From Pocillopora damicornis (taxonomy: Eukaryota): a stretch of DNA of 64,000 nucleotides. Numbering within the stretch: position 1 is the stretch's first letter; the number at the start of each line of letters is the position of its first letter. Made by a program: the position numbers and the translations under genes. The stretch lies in the NCBI RefSeq assembly GCF_003704095.1, contig NW_020846824.1:248001-312000 (forward strand), written 5' to 3'. Positions 12,002-24,800 of this stretch are shown here, piece by piece. The notes beneath the pieces were generated by a model. The model was not told where the DNA came from, did no database searches, and worked only from the letters and a program-made list of their open reading frames with translations.

Positions 12002-15000
12002 TTAATCAGAGGTCTTCTGCTCATTAGTGTCGTCGCTAAACTCTACCCCAGACCCCATTTGTTCCTCACTGACAGTGATATTGACGTAAGACCTCGCCGA
12101 TTCGGACAGCATCTCCGACAAGGTGCCGCAAATTTCGGGGAATGTCGGTCTTTCTTCGGGATCCAAGCGCCAGCAGGTTTTCATCAATCCGTAGAGTTCG
12201 TCAGAGCAGTGAGCTGGCTTAGACATACGATAGCCGCATAGGAGTTTCGTTAGAAGAAGATTTACCGGAACACAGGGATACGGGGAAGCCCCGATGGTAA
12301 CAATCTCCCATAGGAGGACCCCAAAAGACCAGACATCCGAACGGGTAGTGTATATCTGATCTTGAATGGATTCGGGGGCCATCCATTTTATGGGGACACG
12401 CCCCACTCCAGTCTTAACGTACTGCCCATCGCCATAAACATCACGCGCAAGTCCAAAGTCTGCCACTTTCGCTTCATGTTCAGCGGTGAGGAGAACATTT
12501 CTAGCGGCAAGATCTCGATGGACAAATTTCTTCAGAGCAATGTGATTCATTCCTCGAGTACAGTCCAACGCAATCTTAAGAAGATCGCGTGAACTCAGCG
12601 TGGAGATGATATTCACGTAGGTCTCATCCGCTGGACGGCTGGAACGCAGGTAATCAAGTAAGTTTCCACCTGAAACATACTCGGTTATTATGTACAGCGG
12701 TCCTGGTGTGGTGCATGTGCCAATTAGGCTGACGACATGTGGGTGTTGTCCAATCTCTTTCATCATATCCATTTCCAGGAGTAGATCCTTGTAATCAAAG
12801 CGATCAGCGTGTTCTTTAATGGTTTTCACTGCAACCTTTATGGGGCCGTCATCTGTAACAGTAAAGGAAAAATTAAGACCCCAAACTTGTTTTTAACAGC
12901 AAATCACAGACACAGTGTGGCTGAGGCACACTCCAACCATCCCAACCTAGGTCGGGGAAAAATTTAAAATGAATATTTCCCCCATCACTTTTTCCTGTGC
13001 AGTCATCTCTACAGGGTCCAGTAGCATCAATAAATAAAAAAGTGTGGTCCGACATCAGAAGAAACCTTCTACTGCTAAGACAATAGCGTCCACAAAGGTA
13101 CCTTAGTGTCCGAATTCAGATATTACTGTCCAAAATTGGACACTAGTGTGTAAAATCAGACACGAGTTTCTACAAGCGGATAATCGGACACTATCATCCA
13201 AAATTGGTCACTAGTGTCTAATACTGGATAATTGAGCACAAGTGTCCAAAATCGTCACTATCATCCAAAATAGCACTCTAGCGCTTAAAATCGGACAATA
13301 ATGTTTAAAATCGGACACTAATGACAAAAAAATCGGACACTGGTGTCCAAAAATCGGACGCTTGTGTCTAAAATTGGACACCAGGGACCAAAATCGGACA
13401 TAAGTGTCTGAAATCGAACCGTAATTTCTTATGTGTTAGGCTTGTCCAAAATCGACATTAGTTTCCAAAGTCAAACTATGAGTTGGGTGCTTTTATATTC
13501 ACTATTGGTAGGCGTGTCTAGGCTTACCTGCCAAGTCATTTTGAAATCATTAAACATTTGTTGCCAGAGCGAGAACCCTAACAATTTTACAAAAAGCTAA
13601 CAAATAAACAACAAAGGGGCTTAATGCTTCCAGTCAAACAATTAATCTTTGACGGCCACCGCCAAACACAAGAACGTTAGTGTAAGCGCGAAGCAGCGTC
13701 AGTAGACAAACTTAGCACGTCTACTGATGAAAGTTAGAAAAACAGTCACAATCAGAAGACTCGTTGCGATAGCATACGCCATGCAAATAACTCTAGAGCT
13801 TGAATTTAGGTATTAAATAAGTATCAAATATAAAAAAAATCAGTAAAATAGTTTTTGACTTGATGCTCCACACCACTTGTGACATTTTTTTTTATCGTTT
13901 TCATTAGAAGCTGTAAAAACTTTGTTTTAGGCTTACGACACTCAATGGACATTCACTCCATGTACTCACCAGTCATAAGTGTACCCTCCAACACCAAACC
14001 AAACTGGCCTTCCCCGAGTTTTTGACCAGTTAGAAGACGGTCTCGCTCAATTTCCCATTCATCAGTGTGATCGACTGTACCGCTTGCGAACGAATGCAGA
14101 TTACCGCCTGAGGAGTAACAAAATATGAAAGACATAATTTAGGTCGGACTAGAACTATTATAAAAAAAAAAAGATTTACGATTGAGTCATTAAATAGGCC
14201 CATTATGCGTTTATGTTTGCGTTGCCACTATGAAGCTCTAATCAATGAGTTTGGCTCGTCGTCTAACATCAGACAATGCAAGTGTTTATATGAAATAAAA
14301 TTCGGCCATACTGATGCTTCCAAATAAACATTTATAAGTTACAGTCCTTTTCGATGTAACCACGTTCTTTCAATAAACAAATATGGTTACGAGTCGCGTG
14401 AATAAGAAGGCTCTACGAATTCCACCAGATACCAACGGATTGATTGCTTTACCTAACTCCAAATGATCTCTGTTTCCTCTGTGATCAGCTCCACCACTCT
14501 GAGTACGGGTTCTCATCTCAATCAAGTCCTCCAGTCCAGGGACATATTGTGGATTGCTTCCCCTTTTGGGCTTCTTCTTCCTTCGCATTAAGTAGACGAG
14601 TAACACTGCGATGATTATTAGCACAAATAAGCTCACTGCGAGCGCCACAACGATCACCAAGCTGTTTTGAAAACCTCCGTCGGAGTGGGAGTCTGCTGTC
14701 GGATGTGTTGTGAATAGGTTCTTCTCGCTGTAACTGCTTGTGTTAAAAAAAGAAATAGCACCTAGACAAAAACAAAAAAGACAGAAATCGTCATCAGCAT
14801 TGTTGCCATTACCATCATCATCATCATCATCACCATAATCACAGTGACTATTTTCCTAAAGAAACATTAACTATATAAAATTAAAATTATCACAGGGATC
14901 ACAACACTTAAAATCTCAGGACTAATCGATATACATACGCCTCAACAGGTCTATCAATCTGTACAGTAGAAAAGTGACAAGAGTGAGGGAAATCATCAAA

Positions 15001-18000
15001 CAGTACATATTGACCTCACACACGCTTTCAGATCCTAGTAATTAACGAAACATCAGAGACATTCTCATTAAAAAACTGTCACCAAACTTCTGTTGTTGTG
15101 GTTCGTTTGTTTTCGTTTGTTGTCGACGGCGATTTTAAAAAACTTCAAAGGACGTTCACTTGTTGAATATTCGATCGTGGCTGATAAATACAATGTGGGC
15201 TCGGAAAGTTCTGCCATACTTTGAACACTAAATAATGAAGATTTTATGGTTCTTTAGTACTTACAGATTGCCTAATCAAGTGGTAATGGAGGCTGAGTGT
15301 TCTAAATCAACAAGACCGTCATACCTACACGAACCAAATAGTTTGCATGAGGTGTCAGCTCTCTCAAAGTTGCTCTTGTTTCGTTTGGTTGCAGGTTTAT
15401 AACCTCCCAGTCCTCGCCATGAATCCCAAATCGTTTATATTCCACTTTAATTAACTTTGTTTTAGAAATATCCACAGCAGTCCATGACACGGAAACCTCT
15501 GTACTAGAAATGACTGTTATTTTGAGATCTGTCGGCTTTTCTGGTTCTGGCATACAGGAATCCCCAACGAAGCCCGCGTGGCATATGCAGGTATATGAAC
15601 CTTTACGCAAATGAAAAAAGGTAGTTAAAAATAATTTTTTCAAACTAATTAAATCCATAAGGTAATTATAAATATATTCTGTTGGTGGAGTAAGCGAGCA
15701 AGTCTATAAAATCATTAACAACCACAAACGCAAGTATTATGATACCACCTTGATTTTTTTTCTTCACCTCAGCTGTTATTCTGAGCCGTTTTATGCAAGG
15801 TAAATGTTGTTCAGTGTTTCGCCGAAATGAGCTGGGCTAAGCGATCTAGAGACGAAACTTAATTTCAAAATTTGAAGCTGTCCAGAAACGTTTTTCGGGT
15901 GAAAAGTGATAAAACCTAGAGAATTATATTTGTTGCGATCGATCATTTCATACAAAAAGGGTTTCTACGACATCAAACGATTCCATGTTTCATCAAGTTG
16001 ACACGGATTTATGATTAACAGCCTGGAGAGAATCGATAAAAAGGTTAACTTGGAATTTTAAGTACTCGTGGATGCTTTGGGATGTGGTGAGGTTTTTCTG
16101 TTCAATATCGCACTAAAGTAAAATGTGATGCATATGCTATTTGGAATGTCATGTAGCTTTGATTCATATTGTTTTCCAGCACAACCACTGAACCAAGGAT
16201 TGTAATTTTGAAACAAGCTGTCATGTAGTATGCCTTTCAACCTCTTAAAACCTTGCTCACTCGCACAATCAATTAAACCATAATAGATCAATTTTTGTAC
16301 TATTCGAGTACCAAAGAAAGAAAAGGTAAGATCTGCTTTCTTCATTAAAATCAGTTGTTCACCTTCATTTCGCAATGTTAGATCAAGCCGTCGGTTTGAT
16401 AGAAAATTTTAATATAAACGTCAATAAAATTGTAGTGTGGAATTGTTTTTGCCTCTGAAAACCAGTGACAGCCTGGTAAAAACTTGTCAAATAAAGGAAC
16501 CAACTATAAAACCAATAAACCTGATGAAAATTAATTTGTTTTGACACACCCTCCATTACAATAAGTTGAGCATAGTCCATGTAATACGGACATTTTTGGT
16601 TTAATGTATGGACCGAGCCATAATCTTTATTTAAAAAAAAAAGATTGATTGTTGTAAATTTTACTCAATTTCTCCTTTTTTGATTATTTCTCCCGCAAAT
16701 CAATCCCGGGAAGGGAAAAAATCTAAGATCTATCTTTGAGATTGTCCAAATTATTTTTTTTCTCTTTCTTGGTGAGAACGTAGCTCGGATACTACGGATA
16801 TCAATGTGAAAATTTGCGCAATAGCCATGAAACGAGAAACGCAAACGTAAATATCAAGAACAATATTCCGGCGCATATTTCTTCGCACTTCGGGCAAAAC
16901 TGTATGTGTTCATAGCTGTCAATTCCTTCAAATAAAAAATAGTGACATTTATGTATTTAGCATCTTTCGATGAAGGAGATGTTTGCAAGGTAACAATCGT
17001 AATAGAGTGATTTACATTTTGATAAGAATTGCATTTTCCTTATCTGATCATAAAATTGTATTAATTTGCAGTCACTGTGCTCCTACGTTGTCGAGCTGAG
17101 TTTTTAAACCGGTAATAATCATGATTAATTCCTTTTTGAGCGGCAACTTAGGGAAAACTTTTAATTTTCTCATCTTAAACGACTCCCGTCGGAGTTTTAG
17201 GCCTTTAGGAATAAATAATCACTGAAATAGTTTTCGTTCGTGTTAATGAAGATTTGATGCTTGGAATCCGGCGTAATAAGAGCTGCTTCAGTTCCTGGCT
17301 TTTAGACATCGAGGACTTTAGTTAGGCATCACAGTTTCGGAAGAAATCGAATTTCGGATTATATCACTCGGTCAAGGAACAGTTTGGTTCATGGGTCAAT
17401 CAGCGTTTATCAGCCCGCTTGATCTTTCAACAATAAAAGCATTTGTCGATCCAGTGTCCTAAAACCTTAGCCAAGGCTTTCACGTCAGCCAATCAGAAGG
17501 GCAATCAGAATTAAGAAAATGTCACAGGGAGCCAATGAGAACCCAACGTAAAGAAAACTGAACTAAGCGCGGGAAAAAAGCCAGCAACCAATTCGGAATT
17601 AGTTACTAGTTATTTTTGTACCTGATTGGTTGAAAACTTGGCGCAAGTCTTCTAGGCCAATCACAGAATGAAGTGAAAAAAAAACTTAGGGCAATCCTGG
17701 ATTACTTGTAACAAGCAAGTACGGATGTCATTTTGACTCATTCACTTCACTCACATTGACACTCAATCAGCTAGTGACTTGAATGGTAAAATGAAGTTAT
17801 CCACTAAATTGACCACATACCTAGACTGTTGTAGCATGTAGCGTTGACATGACATGGTTTTTGCCTCGAACATTCATTTACGTCCATGCACAGTCCCTCA
17901 ACTTCCTCTGTAAACCCCTCCTGGCATTCACAGCGGTGTGATCCTTGCGTATTGATGCATACTGAATGTTTTAGACAGAAATGTTTCCCCGTGTTACACT

Positions 18001-19495
18001 CATTTATGTCAGTGCAGTAACTTCCATTCCCTTCAAATCCTATGTTACATTTACACTCTAAACGAGACCCATTTTTTTTTAATTCACCATTTTCGCTGCA
18101 CTTTGCTGAGGTTATGTTGAATGAACAAATGGCTCTTGACAACGGCTTGGTAGTTATGTTTCCTCCGCAAAAGCATTTCCCGCCAAAGTTTTGACACGTA
18201 CCGACAGCCCCGCTGTCTGACTGACAGGTATCACTGCAGGATGACCCCGCCCAGTTGTCTGGGCAGGAACAATTGACTGATTCCCCGCTGCAATTTGCAT
18301 CCATTTTACATGCTGCGCATGAGCAAACAAAGGATGTAAGGTTTGCCGAGGTCAAACCAGTTCCGGAAATGTCATTTGGCTTGTGACAAATGGCGCCATC
18401 AAATGTCAAGCCTGGTCTCCTTGACAACCATGTCGGAAGCCATCTCAAGTGACAATTGCAGTTTAAAGGGTTATTACGTACATGGACCGCTTCAAGGTGT
18501 CCGAGGTCATCAAAAGACCCATTTTGAATCGAAGAAATTTTGCAATGACTTAATTCAATTGTGGTCAGGCGTCGTAGCCCTTTGAAAGCATCTGCTTCTA
18601 TTAACTCTAGTGGATTGTTGTTGACATAAAGAAACTCTAGAAACTTAAGGTTCGCTATAACTTTTGCGGGAATTTTATCGAGCTTGTTTCCATTCAACAC
18701 TAGTTTATTGACTACCGGAGCGCAATCGAAAGCATTTCCATCAATTGTCTTTAATCCATTCGAAGCCAGCTCCAGAGTCTTTAAGGACATTAAATTTCCA
18801 AAAACGCCTTTGTTAATAGTTGTCAGAGAGTTGAAACTTAACAAAATATTTTCTAAATAATCCAATTCGTCAAATGCACCTTCCTCGAGCACACTTATTG
18901 TGTTATTCCGAAGATCAAGCTTCCTCAAGAGTGGTGTGTATGAAAATGTTCCCTGGAAAATCCTCTGTAGCTTGTTATGATCCAAACGAAGTTCGTTCAG
19001 GGTTTTCAATCCCTCAAAAGTTTCACGACTTATGTTAATGAGTTTGTTATCTTGAAGCCACAGTAGTTCAAGGTCTTTCTGATGATGGAAAGATCCCGGC
19101 TCAATGGACCTGATGTTATTGTCCTTCAGGTATAACTCATACAAGAACGGGTAATTTCTCAACGAGGCATGTTTTAGTACACCAACATTTTGGGAATCCA
19201 TTATAAATTTTCCAAGTTTTGGTGGTAGTTTTTGGGGAATGTCCGTCAACTTGCTGCCTTCTCTAAAACTGCATATTGCGTTCACATATGTCGATGGCGG
19301 TTTCCCACTAACTATACGATGTGTGTACGAGCATGAGCACCTTGTGATATTTGGGCAGAGATTTTGCGACCCACCAATAACCGTAGTACAACTAAACTGG
19401 GAAAAAACAATGATGTATCCGAAAAATGCGACGAGCATGTAGAAGTCATGCATCTTGGAAGCAATCATGGAATTTTTCGTAGCAAAACTAAACAT
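12002..19495 (-). CDS. LRR-EGF-FN3 receptor tyrosine kinase, paralog 2
   Basis: Exons ~19495 (ATG could instead be 19468 or 19453)-17821, 15600-15325, 14761-14453, 14107-13970 and 12852-12002, all phase-1 GT-AG and in frame. Signal peptide, LRRs, LRRCT (NPLNCNCHLRWL), EGF/cbEGF repeats, one FN3 (PTDLKIT..VSVSW..LTPHANYLVRVGAIS), TM (VIVVALAVSLFVLIIIAVLLVYLM). Kinase motifs GEGQFG, VAVK, HRDLAARN, DFGLAR and VPIKWMAPE are intact. Confidence 0.92.
13105..13470. repeat. Degenerate ~22-bp tandem minisatellite (consensus about AAAATCGGACACTAGTGTCC) in an RTK intron
   Basis: Roughly 15 imperfect units such as AAAATTGGACACTAGTGTG, AAAATCGGACACTGGTGTCC and AAAATCGGACATAAGTGTCT. Confidence 0.85.
17480..17710. 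repeat. Interspersed repeat (GCCAATCAGA/GCCAATGAGA family); related copy at about 24740-24920
   Basis: The blocks GCCAATGAGA..AAG..GCG(G)GAAAA..GATTGGTTGAA..CAATCACAGA..AAGT(G/A)AA occur in the same order at both loci. Confidence 0.5.
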
Positions 19496-21857
19496 CCTCC
19501 AAGGCAATCCAATCGATTTAGAGTCCAGTCGAATACAGGAAGCGATTTTCACCGTTCCGCATCGACAACAAATCCCCTAAAATTTTCCTTAATTGAAAGC
19601 GATGAGTGAGTGATTGGCAAGTCTCTATTGACTGTCAAATTTGACGGGCCGGTGGTTTAATTTAAGCATACAATTAAAGAGCGGACCTTTTTAACAGAAT
19701 TTCTCTTGGTAAAGCTTTATTATCAATCTTTATGAATCTACCACAAGTTTTTATTGTATTGTCGTTAGATCAGGATTCTGACCCCACGGAACATGGAAAA
19801 TAATACATATTAGTATCATTGAATTTAATCTAAAATTAAATTGCCCAACCTCTCGCGCAAACGAAAATATCTTAAATTACCTGTCACCCGAGGATGTTTT
19901 TTTCCCAAAATGTTAATTGCCTTGCTCATGCAGAGATCAGAGTTTAATGAAGGTTGGTGTCAAATACAAATATAGTAAGAGATTGGCGATAGAGGAATAT
20001 TCCATTAGACTGGAGACAATTTAATTCGACAGTTCAATTAATAGCTTTTGGGCACTCCTAAAAAGCGTCAATAAAAAGGACAGGTGCAAGGCCGCTTTAA
20101 AACACCAATTTGTAAATCCTTCCAGAACACGACAAAAATTTTATTCGTAGATAAACAGAATGTGTCGTTTGTTTTCGACTCGTCTCTGTTTTAATAATTC
20201 CAGGGCGTTTTATGAGTATGCAGTGCGTTGCCCTTAGTTGATCCTATAACTAACTGGCCGAATTCATTTTCCTTAACTGGCGATATTTCACAGATTATGA
20301 AGGATGTTCCCTCACACTTAAAATTATTATTTCCGAGTGGCTTTTGAAACCTGATGATATTCACACCCACTAAATTGGTCGAAAGAACCAAAACGCTGAT
20401 CTAGCAGGTTTTATTCCCGTCGCTCGACTTCTTAACAATGGAAAGGACAAAATTTACTCCATCGCCCAACTTAAGTTAAATCTTCTTTGAGGCGAAGAAA
20501 CGCTATGAGGCAATTCGACGGAATCATCTTTCTGTGCGTGGTAAAAATTTGCGCAATCATGAAATGAAAGAAAATAAACGATTGAATAGACAAGAGAACT
20601 CTCTCATCGCAATCCCAAAACAACTTAGAAATACCCGTTTTATTATTCTGTTATGCCTATTATGCCAAAATATACAATATAAAAGTCACAAATAACAGAT
20701 CATGCTCTCAACAATGTCGGCTGTGATTTCATGCGAAAATAAGAAGTTTTAATGTTTTTTCTTTTCTCAGTTTAGTTTACGCTCAGATTAAAAAAGATTT
20801 GACCTTTCTTTTAGGGTGATTTTGTTAACCATTTTCTTTTTGACGTAAATGAAAAAAATATCAGTACCGCACAAAAAGCTGATGAATATTTATATCTGTA
20901 GCTTTTTCATTAATATCCTTTGATTCCGGGAAGGAGATTTCATGGGTCACCCGCGGCGGAGAGATCCGGTTATGCTAGTGATTGAGCAAATAGGTGTTCC
21001 AATGCCTGCCGTTTTACCAGCGTTGAACGTGCTTCTCACGCAGTTTTATGGACATTTCATTTTCATCTTATCACTGACTTTATTTAGTTTTCATGGTCGC
21101 TCCATTAATAACTGTTGACATGAAAAGCAAATATGATACTCGTTTTCTAACCTTAAGACAAAAAAGCATTTTATTTGAACTTTGGGGTAGAATTACTCAA
21201 TCAATTACAGACAGACTAAAAAAGCATTCTTTAAACTGCAGTAGATAGATTATTTCAAAGTTTTGCAAGGCCACCATATAAAGCGAGACGGTGTGTACTA
21301 AAGACGAAAACAAAACCCAGGATAAAAGTTTAACCTTACAAGGCCGTGATCGAGCCCTGAATTTTGCTGAAAACGAAGAATTCGTAACGAGCCGTTGTTG
21401 TTCAAAGCCATATATTTTGCTTCTTGAGTACCTGTAGTTTAATTGGAATTATTTTCATTGTAAGGCAAATAGAAAAAAACTTTTCAAATTATATTTATCA
21501 ATAAATAATGATTCGTATGGGAATGACAGGCTGCGTCGACCCCTCACAAATTTTTGATGAAGATTTGATTGAGCTTAGAAGCAAAAAAGGATAAGCCAAA
21601 GAACATGCTGTTAATAAATCGAAAATATGTAGAACATTCCGCAATGTCACGAGTTCAATCAGAAGTAAATTAAAAGAGAATCTTTTTTATCTTAAAAAAA
21701 AATTGAGTTTTCATTAGATCGTTCTGTGATGTTTCGAAGCTCCAGTACTTCGACGTTGTAACGTTCTAATTTCCCAGAGCCCTCAGCGTTCGTTAGGGAG
21801 ACTAAGTCCGACTACCTAAGTAACCAAGGAAACGTAATCTTTTCATTGTGTTCCAAT

Positions 21858-24800
21858 ATGGCGCACAAGTATGACCTCCTATTAGTAGAAACCAAAACAG
21901 ACGGGAAAAAGAGACTTAAACCATGGTAAGTAAGCCTTTATACTGTCCAAATGCAATTAAAAAGTATAAGAGGCCGTTGAAAATGAAGTTAATGGCATAT
22001 TAAGTGAGGAATCATTCACTGAGAAAGCCATATTTATTCCATCAGATCAGCTTTGTTGCTGTTATGGCGAACAAATCATGGAGAATTTGTGGAGAAATAT
22101 GCTTTGCTCTGTGCTGCTTAATAAAAAGGAATAGTTAGATTGAAAGTTAAATCTTCTCTTTTTGTGTCTTCAATGATATACATGGATGACTTTGTTGTAC
22201 CAATCGAATTGATTAAACTATCTGTAATTTTATTACACACAGGTATAAAGAAAGATTAGAGACAAAGTATATAAAGCCAAGAAAGCTCAGAGGAAATTCA
22301 GAAACGCTGATCGGCACGTCTTGGACTTTTTTGGAGAAGGGAAGCGATGACTTTAGGGATGGTCTTCCCCCTGACGCTAATTATAATTATATTAAGAAGG
22401 TGAGACTGAGTGCGTAGACGTACTAGTAACGAATTATCATCGGATTATAAGTTATTAATTATTTAGTGATTAGTAATAGAAAACTGCTTGTAGGGCATTA
22501 AACCTTGGACCCCTAAGAGTGACTAGCATCTAATTTCTCCTCACAATATCTACCCTGAATCAAACATTAAGATCACCAGAATGAAGGAAATGATCAGCAG
22601 GTAAAGAAACTCTACATTGTTGAACAAACTCTCCTTGTCAGGAAATGTACAAAGAACAGTATAGAGAATATTCATACTGATGCTAGAGTGTGAAGGGTTA
22701 ACAATCTCTTTTATTGAGTGATGATGGATAATGTAAGGTAACTCCTCAGAAATGTTTGCTCTGTATGATAGTTATTTCTAGATGTGCACAAGTCATGTAG
22801 TTGTTTTCTGTTTTGTGACTGGAATTATTTTCCTTTGAAATTTAACATTGTATGAGGATAATTTATTTGGAGTGATCAACATTAAATTTCTCTTTACAAA
22901 AACAGTTCATAATGGAGCAGAAAGGTGATGAAAAAAAGAGAACATTATCAACTATTAGGGTTATTATCTGCTTTAATTGATACCAATTCTCAGAGCTTAA
23001 ATTGTGAGAAAAGTTAAGCAGACAGTGAAGAGAACTGATATTGAGGTGATGGGAGTCAAAGATAGAAAGGGTCCAGGTGGTGATATATAAAACAGCCTTG
23101 GAAAAAAGTAATTTCACTTTTCTTACATGTATTTTCTTTCAGACTAATACAGGGTTAGGACCAAACATAACTGGATCTGATGAAACAATAAATGAATATA
23201 TGAATGACAGAGTGAGATTTACAAAGAATGAAGCCTGTTTTTCAAGGTACATTGTATGTTTATCAATTGNNNNNNNNNNNNNNNNNNNNNNNNNNNNNNN
23301 NNNNNNNNNNNNNNNNNNNNNNNNNNNNNNNNNNNNNNNNNNNNNNNNNNNNNNNNNNNNNNNNNNNNNATAAGAGAGATGGTAAGTTTTAAGCTTGGTA
23401 AAGAAATAGAGAAATAAATATAAACTTTTGTACTAGATAATTGGGACCAGAGAAGCAAGTCCAGATAATTGACAAAATCTTGATAATCGAGGTCAGGATA
23501 ATCTAGGTTGAAGATAATCTGTTAAATGTTGTAATTAACTTGGTGGGGTGCAAAGATGATGTAAAACTTGATAGCACCAAACTCTATGATATAACTCTTC
23601 TCTTATTGCTCTCTGTGGTGATCTAGGTGTTTGAAGATGTTGTTGAGATTCTAGATCCAGAGATGAACATTGACAGTGAAACTGGAGATGAAGAGATGCA
23701 GGTAAAGATACAGTTTTCACATTAATCTCTTTCATAACTTTATAACAACTTAAAATTATTATTCTTACAAAACCAAAAACTCAGAAAGACTGTCAAGATT
23801 CATATGTTTCCTTTTTGCAGGAAAGTGATGAGGATTCTGAGGAAGCCAAAGGAGCTGGAGATCAAGATGAACTGCAGGTAAAAAGTTACATGAAAAATGC
23901 AGGCTAAAATTTTCTTTGGCGAACATTTTGAAAAATGACAGATTAGATCTAAACTGGGAATTAGGTTCTTAACACTGTTCAGTCAGTTGGTTGCATCTGA
24001 CTGAGTAGTATTCTGAATCTACTCCCCACCTCACAAAAATGTCCAGACTAAATGTTAAAAATAGTGGCCCTGAGTGAAGTCTGCTTCTCAAAGGAAGGCA
24101 GCCTCCAAGACCTTCTTCTAGTCAGGGAAACCTGAAATATAAAGACACTACTACTACTATTATTACACATCTCCTGAATTTGCGTTGACTGTAATACCTA
24201 ATAGATCATTTGCATTTTAAAAAATATTTGGGAGAAGGAAGTGCTGAAACATGGAGGGCAGTCATAAAATAAGTCTTTTTAATTTTCATGTTTAGGATTT
24301 CTTTTTCTTTTTCAGTCTTTAAAGAGTGGAGGGTCAGGGAAAGTAAGGTGAGGCTTTTGTACAGCAACACAGTTTCTTCTAATATTATATTCATTGCAAT
24401 TTTTTAATTGATATCTTGACATAAGTTTATTTGTTTATTTTATGTTACTGAAAAAAATAAATTGTTTGATATATTAACAGCAACTCTGAGTCTGAGAAAG
24501 ATCAGTCCAAACTCACATACAAATGGCTCCCTAAACAAGAAGATGTACAAAAAGAAGAGAGCAAAAGAGCTAGTAGGCGCAAGGCAGAGTCTCCAACATC
24601 GGTAAATCTTTTGATATTCAAAAACTGCTTTGCTGGTTAAGTCATGACATTTTTTAGTGCAGTTTTCACCTAACAGACCAGGAAAAAAAACAAAAAAAAA
24701 GTAATCACAACATCAAATCAGACCAAAAGTTAACATCATTATCAGCCAATGAGATCTCAAAGTTAACACAGGCAATCTGTTTTAAGTGCAAGAAAATGCA

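Noticed and set aside
7463-12592. Short antisense or alternative-frame ORFs overlapping the RTK exons
   Set aside because: Shadow ORFs of real coding sequence with no independent motifs or splice support.
13105-13470. Palindromic repeats resembling a CRISPR array
   Set aside because: The units are directly adjacent and degenerate, with no unique spacers. The context is a eukaryotic intron with no cas genes.
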